This document shows, in pieces, positions 33,019 through 40,017 of a stretch of 40,017 nucleotides of DNA; the first letter of the stretch is position 1, and every line of letters starts with the position of its first letter. This stretch comes from a virus (Duplodnaviria; Caudoviricetes): the IMG/VR virus record IMGVR_UViG_3300032236_000402, positions 1 through 40,017 of that record; one strand, written 5' to 3'. Under the pieces are notes generated by a model. That model had not been told where the DNA came from. It made no database searches and worked only from the letters and a program-made list of their open reading frames with translations. Made by a program: the position numbers and the translations under genes.

Positions 33019-36000
33019 GTGGCAATTGTTGGTGAAGCCAGAATTATTGTTCGTGCTGACACGAGCAAAGTAAAAAGCGACATTGAAAAAGGCTTTACGG
33101 GGTTAGAAAACACCGTCGGAAAGTCTGCTGAAAATCTTTCAAGCACGTTTATCGACAAATGGAATAAAGGGTTTAGCAAAAACTCCAGCGCTAACGTTTT
33201 TACTAAACTAAGCGATGCCATCGGTGAGATGGCTCCAGCAGCAGAAAAAACTGCTACTCGCATCCAGTCCATGATTCAAAGCGGCTATCTGATGTCTCAG
33301 AAGATGGCCGTAGCAGGTAACTCTATTGCCGCAGTTGTGGGTGGTATTACCGCACTTGGTAGTGCATTTGCAGCCGCAGCTCCAGCGATGGTTGTGTTTG
33401 GTAATGGAATTGCAGCTATCAAACTTGGAACTCTTGCTCTAAAGTTTGCTATGGGCGGTGTAGATAGCGCGATTCAAACTGTCTGGAAGTCTCAAACTGC
33501 CCTAAATGACACATTCCGCGCTGCTCAGCAAGAATACATCGACGTAAAATTTGCAGCTACTGACGCAGCTCTTGCTCAGCAGGGTGCGGCCCTAGCCCTA
33601 AAAACAGCTCGTGAAAACTTGCTTAGAACTTCAGACTTGCCTTCTACAAACATTGTCCGTCAACAGGCAATGCTTCAATACGAACAAGCTTCTCAGGCGG
33701 CTGTCGAAGCGCAGCACAAAACTTCCGAAGCCGTTCGCGCAGTAAAAAAGGGTATTGGAGCTACCAATGCCTACCAGCCTCTAGCTGGTCTGACTAAAGC
33801 TCAACTGGCCTTTACTAAATTTATTGTGGCATTGAGGCCACAGATTCTTCAATTCCAATCTTTGGTATCTTCTGCGTTCTTACCTAGCTTGGAAAAATCC
33901 GTTGGAACTTTGATGACCAAAGCTTTTCCTACGGTTCAAAAAGGTTTTGTCGATTTAGCTAAATCCGCTGGTGAGGCAGTTTCTGCATTTACCAAGGTAT
34001 TTACTAGCGGTAACAACATGAAACTTTTCTCAAGTTTGCTTACCAATTCAGCTAAGATTTTTGCAAAACTCGGCACTGTTGCTGGGAACATATTCTCGGT
34101 AATTCTAAATGTTCTAAATGCTGCTGCTCCTCTAGCAAACAGATTTGTAGGCTGGGTTGTAAAGCTCACCAATACTTGGAAAACTACTTTTGAAACTAGA
34201 AACAAGTCTGGTGAGCTGACTAAATTCTTTAATGCTGCTGGAGATATGGCCGCAAAACTCGGTGCTATGCTCAAGCCGCTAGGTCAAGCATTTGCTAATA
34301 TTTTTAATCCAGTAAACGGAACTGGTAAAGCTGGCGCTTTAATTATGGTTGACTACCTGACTAAAGCTTTCCAACACTTTGCAGATGTAACAAAGTCTAA
34401 ATGGTTTGAGTCATTCTTAACTGGTTCGGCTAAGGGACTATCTTCAATGCTCAGTGCTCTTGGCAGTATTGGTGGCGCAATTTTCAAAGCTTTTAATCCT
34501 AAAAATACTCAAATTTTCTGGAACACAATTGGAAAAATTGCACCAGACATTACTAAGATTCTCGAGGGCGCTGGAGCAGCTCTCCCTGATTTTGCAAAAA
34601 TTATTAAAAATATTTTTGACGTTCTTGCCACTTTTGCAGGTGACGGAGCTATTAAAGCCTTCTTTGGAACTATTAAAGCATTCTCTGATGTGATTGTGGC
34701 AATTGTTAAGAACCCTATTGTTGCTTGGATTCTTCGTGCTACATCTGCTTTCCACGGTCTAGTTCTCGGTATTTTGGTGGTTACCAAGGTATCTAAAACT
34801 TTTGGTCTATATATTCTTGGAACTTTTAAGAAAATTTTTGCTTTCCTCGGTGGAAAAATTAACTTTTTTGACCGAATGAAAAACGGTTTTAAAAAGCTGG
34901 GTGAAGAAAAAGATACTAGAACCCTTGAGCAAAAAGTAAAAGACCTTGCTAAAGAAATGAAAGCCACTCAAAGTGCTATGGAGAAGCTTGAAAAAGCTGC
35001 CAAAAATTTGATGGCTACTATAAAAACTTTAACTACAGCATTCAATAATCTTTATACTGCGGTAAATAGACTAGCCACTCCGCTAAAAAATGCCAAAACC
35101 GCGATGAACGGTCTCAAGACCGAAACCTATAACGCTTCAAAGAAGGTAGATGGTCTAAAGACTGCCACCCAAAAAGCTGGTGGCGAGATGCGAACCGCCA
35201 CTACCAAGACGGACAATCTAAAGAGCTCTCTTCGCAGACTTAAGACTGAAGCAAAGGACGCTGAAAAGGCTCTTAAGAATGTAAAGTCCCCAGGTATGGG
35301 AGGCGGAGGTCTCGGCAGCTTCTTCAGTCGTGGCGGCGGAAAGGGCGGCGGTGGCGGAGGTATCCTAGGCAACTTGGGTTCTGGCATATTCCGCGGAATT
35401 GGCTCTAGTGCAGCCGAGGGAGCATTAGCTGGAGATGCAGCTGGAGCAGTAGGCGGAGCCGCGGCAGCTGAGGGGGCTTCGGCAGCAGGTGGTCCAATTG
35501 CTATGGCAGTAGTGGGTGCAGGTCTTGCAGCAAGTGCCGCCATATCACCGATGGTCCAGCTATATCAAGCTCAAAAACAAACTGATGCTCAAACCAAACT
35601 TTTAATTAATGAAAACGGTATTTACGGCAAAAAAGCTAAAGACCTGGCTGGCCACTTAAAAAAGGTAGCTATAGCTCAGGGTAATGTGTCTGGAACAACC
35701 GAGTCCGTTGCTGCTTCTACTCAGCAAATGTTGCTTCACTTTGAGCCACTTACCCGAACCCTCGGAAAGAGTACTGACCAATTTGATAAAGCTACCAAGC
35801 TATCTATTGATATGTCTAAGGCACTTGGTACAGATGCCCCAACCGCAGCGCAAATGCTCGGCCAAGCACTTGCTAGCCCCACTACTGCTATTGATGACCT
35901 AACTGGTGCTGGAGTTATTTTTAGCAAAAAAGAAAAAGACAAATACGATGCTGTACTAAAATCAAATGGTGTATTTGAAGCTCAAAAAACCCTTATTGAT

Positions 36001-36783
36001 GATTTAAATACTAAGTATGGAGGGTTCGCTTCAAAAACTGCTACTACCTCAGATAAATTGGCAGCAAAGTGGGAGCAGATTGGTAAAAAATGGGGAAAAA
36101 TATTTACACCGATGTTTAACTCTTTTGCGGATATCCTAAACAATCTAGCAGATGCTATTAGCAAGGTGTCCGACATTGTTAATGGAAATGTGACTAAAAC
36201 TCAGACAGCTGTAACCAAGGCGGTGGCATCTGGTGGTACAGCTGGATACGCTGGTGGAGTTACAGACATGGGGGCAGTGCAAGACCTAGGAAATTCTCTT
36301 GTATCTTCAGCTTTTTCTAGTGTCTATGGTAACGGTAAAAAAGGCAGTAATGCAAACCCTTGGGCAGCAGCTTTTGACCCTAAAAAAGATTACTCTGCAC
36401 TGGCTAAAGGAACTTTTTATGGGTCAGATGGTAAACTTCATAAACTCACCAGTGCCACAACAAAAGCAGCCTTTGGCTCGCTGGGCGCTGATTTTAGATT
36501 TAATCCTGCTGCTGCCAGTACCCTAGGGTATGCCCTAACCCCAGAAATGCTAGCTGGTTCGGGGCTTACTAATTCAATGTTGGCAGGTACTGGTTATCAC
36601 CTACAAACAGATAAAAAAACTGGCATGACTGGTGTAGTTAAGGGTGAGCTAAGTAAGACAGCTGCTGCTAGTCCTCAAATTCAAATTACAGTAAATCCGT
36701 CTGCTGGAATGAGTGAGACAGAATTAGCCAAGTCTGTATCTAGAGAAGTAGCTAAAGTCCTTGGAAGAAGCGGTACACACTAA
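33019..36783 (+). CDS. Tape measure protein
   Basis: 1254 aa, Ala/Gly/Lys-rich helical repeats; N-terminal IVGEARIIVRADT; C-terminal IQITVNP; GTG start with AAGGAGG RBS. Confidence 0.9.
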   Translation: MAIVGEARIIVRADTSKVKSDIEKGFTGLENTVGKSAENLSSTFIDKWNKGFSKNSSANVFTKLSDAIGEMAPAAEKTATRIQSMIQSGYLMSQKMAVAGNSIAAVVGGITALGSAFAAAAPAMVVFGNGIAAIKLGTLALKFAMGGVDSAIQTVWKSQTALNDTFRAAQQEYIDVKFAATDAALAQQGAALALKTARENLLRTSDLPSTNIVRQQAMLQYEQASQAAVEAQHKTSEAVRAVKKGIGATNAYQPLAGLTKAQLAFTKFIVALRPQILQFQSLVSSAFLPSLEKSVGTLMTKAFPTVQKGFVDLAKSAGEAVSAFTKVFTSGNNMKLFSSLLTNSAKIFAKLGTVAGNIFSVILNVLNAAAPLANRFVGWVVKLTNTWKTTFETRNKSGELTKFFNAAGDMAAKLGAMLKPLGQAFANIFNPVNGTGKAGALIMVDYLTKAFQHFADVTKSKWFESFLTGSAKGLSSMLSALGSIGGAIFKAFNPKNTQIFWNTIGKIAPDITKILEGAGAALPDFAKIIKNIFDVLATFAGDGAIKAFFGTIKAFSDVIVAIVKNPIVAWILRATSAFHGLVLGILVVTKVSKTFGLYILGTFKKIFAFLGGKINFFDRMKNGFKKLGEEKDTRTLEQKVKDLAKEMKATQSAMEKLEKAAKNLMATIKTLTTAFNNLYTAVNRLATPLKNAKTAMNGLKTETYNASKKVDGLKTATQKAGGEMRTATTKTDNLKSSLRRLKTEAKDAEKALKNVKSPGMGGGGLGSFFSRGGGKGGGGGGILGNLGSGIFRGIGSSAAEGALAGDAAGAVGGAAAAEGASAAGGPIAMAVVGAGLAASAAISPMVQLYQAQKQTDAQTKLLINENGIYGKKAKDLAGHLKKVAIAQGNVSGTTESVAASTQQMLLHFEPLTRTLGKSTDQFDKATKLSIDMSKALGTDAPTAAQMLGQALASPTTAIDDLTGAGVIFSKKEKDKYDAVLKSNGVFEAQKTLIDDLNTKYGGFASKTATTSDKLAAKWEQIGKKWGKIFTPMFNSFADILNNLADAISKVSDIVNGNVTKTQTAVTKAVASGGTAGYAGGVTDMGAVQDLGNSLVSSAFSSVYGNGKKGSNANPWAAAFDPKKDYSALAKGTFYGSDGKLHKLTSATTKAAFGSLGADFRFNPAAASTLGYALTPEMLAGSGLTNSMLAGTGYHLQTDKKTGMTGVVKGELSKTAAASPQIQITVNPSAGMSETELAKSVSREVAKVLGRSGTH

Positions 36784-38348
36784 TGGCAAGAACTAACCTC
36801 GCACCGAATCCTGGATTTCTAGTATCAAGCCCCCTGGGTTGGGCTACAAGCTCATCTACGTCTGTAACTTGGTATACAACATCTTCTTACTACACTGCAA
36901 CTTCGCGCTCTTCGTCAGGCTTCTCTGGTTCAAGCTTTGTTGAAGTTGTAAAAAGCTCCAATACTAACTCGGGCATTGTATCGTCTACCTTGGTGGATGC
37001 TACTCCTGGACTAAACTACGGACTATCCGCTTACATTAAAGTCCCTACTGGCATGGAATATGGTCAATTTGGACTAGCTATCGAGTGGTACGCGGCTAAT
37101 GGAACAACCCTCGTCTCGACAGCCAGCAGTGCTACTACAGCACTTAGTGCTATTTATGAAACTAGCGGATGGACAAGAATTTCTTTACTTGCAACTGCGC
37201 CCGCTGGTGGAGTAAAAGCAAAACTTTATGTGAGACAAACTAACTCTGGAACAGCCAGCCAGACGTATCTTGTAGATGCAATTTTGTTTGAGCAAGCTAC
37301 ATTTATCAATGAGTATTTTGATGACCAACACGCTCTAGCAATGTATAAGACTGTTGCCGAGGACAAGGTAGATGACTACCAAGTCCAAAGTAAAGAAACT
37401 CAAATTGTTAATACCAGCCTTGCTCCGCTCCCACCTCCATCTAAGACTGGTCTAAAACTAAATGCAGATATTCAACTTAACGGACTAACCCTAAACACAA
37501 TCGATGAAAACGATGTTGTTTGGGTCTGCACGGACATCGACGGCTGGTGGGATTTGCCTGACCCAGATATCCCAGATGTTACTCGCGGTTTGGATGACGG
37601 TTCCTACGATGTTCGTGGTCGCTACACTGCCCGTGTGATGACACTTTCTGGTTCTATTCTTCCTCCGCACCCAGACTTGGCTGCCCCTGCTCGTGCAAAA
37701 CTTATCAATGCTTTGAAGCTTGTTCACAATAGCGGTTGGCTTTTTGTTGATGAGGGTCCTGTGAAGGGTTCACTTGTCCGCCTGAGTGGTCGCCCTGTAA
37801 TCACAAGCAAAACCGCTCGAGGACGTATTGATTTTCAAGTTGGTCTAAAAGCTAATGACCCGCTCAAATACGAAATGGACTGGACTACTACTCCAGATGG
37901 CTACACAAGTCAGACCATCAGCCCTACAGTAACTGCTGGCGCGTTCTCTAGCTCACTCAGCATAAATGTTTCTGGAAATGAGACTGTGTCTGTCTACTTT
38001 AAAGCAACTGGTGCTTTAAATGCTGGAACCCAGATTGCAGTTCAAACTTCTGACCCAAACCTAACTAGCTATGACCTAACTCAAGTTCAAAAAATTAATA
38101 TTGTTAGTAGCAACACTTCTACCAATGACTACATTGAGATTGACACCTACGGTCAGACTGTTTTGTTTAACGGCCTCCCTAACTACACTTCTGGCGGTAT
38201 AAGCTATGTGGCTCGTCAAAAAGTAGATACTGTTATTGACTGGATTCGACTTACTCCTGGAATTAACAAAATTACCTTCTCTGGAACCGTTTCTTCAGGT
38301 ACGACTCCTTCGCTCTATCTCAAATACCGAGCTGGCTGGATAGGCTAG
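36783..38348 (+). CDS. Distal-tail-like minor tail protein with N-terminal carbohydrate-binding-like domain
   Basis: TAATG overlap with the tape measure; TNLAPNP.F..W..WTRIS..VDAILFE; then IDGWWD.P..R...L.G..A.DP.KY and W..L.PG.N. Confidence 0.7.
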   Translation: MARTNLAPNPGFLVSSPLGWATSSSTSVTWYTTSSYYTATSRSSSGFSGSSFVEVVKSSNTNSGIVSSTLVDATPGLNYGLSAYIKVPTGMEYGQFGLAIEWYAANGTTLVSTASSATTALSAIYETSGWTRISLLATAPAGGVKAKLYVRQTNSGTASQTYLVDAILFEQATFINEYFDDQHALAMYKTVAEDKVDDYQVQSKETQIVNTSLAPLPPPSKTGLKLNADIQLNGLTLNTIDENDVVWVCTDIDGWWDLPDPDIPDVTRGLDDGSYDVRGRYTARVMTLSGSILPPHPDLAAPARAKLINALKLVHNSGWLFVDEGPVKGSLVRLSGRPVITSKTARGRIDFQVGLKANDPLKYEMDWTTTPDGYTSQTISPTVTAGAFSSSLSINVSGNETVSVYFKATGALNAGTQIAVQTSDPNLTSYDLTQVQKINIVSSNTSTNDYIEIDTYGQTVLFNGLPNYTSGGISYVARQKVDTVIDWIRLTPGINKITFSGTVSSGTTPSLYLKYRAGWIG

Positions 38349-38396
38349 AATAGTAGTGTTCACAACTACGAAAACTATTGACGATAAGGCGTACTG

Positions 38397-40017
38397 ATGG
38401 CAGAGAATATACCTGTATTTAAACCAGCTAAATACACCTATATTGTTGCTGATGTTGTGACCAATAAGGTTTTGGCTTCAATCCCAGTCATCGACGTTTC
38501 ATTCCAACGCTCGCTTACTGGTGCTGGAAGTTTTACTGGAACTATCCCAATCAACCAGCAGACATCGCCATTTAGCCTTTACAACAATACAATGCCTGGC
38601 CGAACTGCGCTTTATGTTCTTCGCGATAACGTAAACGTGTGGGGCGGAATTATTTGGTCGCGCGACTACAACATGATTGGCCGAACCCTAGGTATCAATG
38701 CCAGCGAGTTTCCTAGCTATTTTATGCACCGAGCTATTTGGAAAACCTATAACTACACCTTTAGTGCATATGTAACTAAAGCCTCTAGTGCTTCTAAAGC
38801 TAGAGTAGTTTTTAATAACCCAAATGATAGCTATGTTTTTGCAGCTAATGACACGATTAGTCTTCAATTTATTTATGGCGATACAAACTATTCTGGAACT
38901 TATACGGTCCTAAGCACAACTACAAACCCTAAAGCTCCTGCTGACCCTGACAACATTTCTTTCTATGTTGATATCCCTGGACTTCCAACTGCCACTGGTA
39001 AATACACTGGAGTTACAGTAGTTGGTCGAATCAAGGTTCAAGACTATGTAAAACGTCTTATTCAAGAGGCTTTGGTTGATTTTAAAGATGCTAAATTTGC
39101 CAACGACATTATCAAGCCTGGCATTGAAATTCCAATTACTATTGCATCCGCAAACCTAGTTGGCGGTGTAGTTGTTGCAACTGCCACCATCCCGCCCACT
39201 ACAGCCCCTGATGTGCCAACAACACCACTGGCAGTTGGTCAAAAAATCCACGCATCTAATATGGGCTCTGCTTATGATGGCACATACGTTGTTAGCAACG
39301 TTACTCCATACTATCCAGCGGTTGGTCCGATTAGCATTACAAATGCTGTTGGTGATGGAACATATATTACTTATACGACAAACGTCGTTCACAATCTACA
39401 AACTACTCAAAAAGTGAACGTCGCTGGCATTACCCCGACTGGATTCAACCAGACAAATGCAACTATTGTTTTGGTTCCTGGCTCTGCTAGTCAGTTTAAA
39501 ATCGCAAGTAGCTTTACTGGAACCTATACATCTGGCGGAACCGTGACTAGCGTCGCAATCCCAATGACATTTAGTTATACAGCTCTAACCACCAATTTTA
39601 TCTCAAATGCAACATCAAACGTATATTCAACGCTCGGCCCCGTGAACTTCACCGTAGGTCAGGTCGTAAATATTACTGGCGCAGCTCCAACTGACTGGAA
39701 CATTACAAATGCCACAATTACGGCTATTGATAACAAGCGAAACACTTTTACAATTGCTAATACAATCAGCACATCAAATACCTACTCTGTTGGCACACTG
39801 GCCACCGCAGTTACAGCCGCGCCAGACCAGTCAATTACACTTCCAGCATCTAATCAATATACGGTCAATAAACGACAAATGTATTCAACTACTGGAAAAG
39901 TTGCTATCTCTAGCATTACCAGAAATGGAAATATTGTAAAGGTAACAACTAAGCAGCCTCACAGCTTTATTGAAGGCGACATGGTTGTTGTTAAAAATAG
40001 TGGTAATGCTGTTTACA
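38397..40017 (+). CDS. Minor tail / baseplate hub protein, truncated by the window end (not in the ORF track)
   Basis: MAENIPVFKPAKYTYIVADVVTNKVLASIP..GAGSFTG..PGRTALYVLRD..VWGGIIWSR; reads open towards the window end with Thr/Val/Asn-rich beta repeats. Confidence 0.75.
   Translation, partial: MAENIPVFKPAKYTYIVADVVTNKVLASIPVIDVSFQRSLTGAGSFTGTIPINQQTSPFSLYNNTMPGRTALYVLRDNVNVWGGIIWSRDYNMIGRTLGINASEFPSYFMHRAIWKTYNYTFSAYVTKASSASKARVVFNNPNDSYVFAANDTISLQFIYGDTNYSGTYTVLSTTTNPKAPADPDNISFYVDIPGLPTATGKYTGVTVVGRIKVQDYVKRLIQEALVDFKDAKFANDIIKPGIEIPITIASANLVGGVVVATATIPPTTAPDVPTTPLAVGQKIHASNMGSAYDGTYVVSNVTPYYPAVGPISITNAVGDGTYITYTTNVVHNLQTTQKVNVAGITPTGFNQTNATIVLVPGSASQFKIASSFTGTYTSGGTVTSVAIPMTFSYTALTTNFISNATSNVYSTLGPVNFTVGQVVNITGAAPTDWNITNATITAIDNKRNTFTIANTISTSNTYSVGTLATAVTAAPDQSITLPASNQYTVNKRQMYSTTGKVAISSITRNGNIVKVTTKQPHSFIEGDMVVVKNSGNAVY

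Noticed and set aside
3237-40017. Many short antisense and alternate-frame ORFs in the track
   Set aside because: They lie within long, motif-bearing plus-strand genes and show no RBS or recognisable motifs; they are shadows of codon bias.
1-40017. Alternative genetic code
   Set aside because: Genes tile densely under the standard code, with ORFs up to 10 kb and stops followed by RBS-led starts.

Overview
This window is a ~40-kb piece of a large siphovirus-type tailed phage, most consistent with an actinobacteriophage. The portal, protease, capsid and tail order resembles cluster-B-like actinophages; a host among moderate-GC freshwater Actinobacteria is only an inference. Positions 1-~1900 hold three short minus-strand genes, each with its own promoter, in a G/T-skewed, repeat-rich region. 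From 2046 to the end there is one plus-strand virion module: HTH protein, DUF1360-like membrane protein, portal, Dps, an 1118-aa protein with two ADP-ribosyltransferase (ART) domains and a zincin, two small genes, a 3393-aa multi-enzyme giant, a 1595-aa modular prohead protease, major capsid, second capsid protein, major tail, connectors, tail chaperones, tape measure and two tail-tip proteins. The main candidate for a new system is a capsid-loaded effector arsenal. The head-module proteins carry a recurring [LVIM]-[TV]-A-[ASG] motif at domain boundaries, resembling assemblin cleavage sites. The two effector proteins share an RDxxGR[FW] N-terminal domain right after such a motif, and small self-promoted genes that could be antidotes follow the ART gene. 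All family calls are by-eye motif recognition; no database searches or counts were run.
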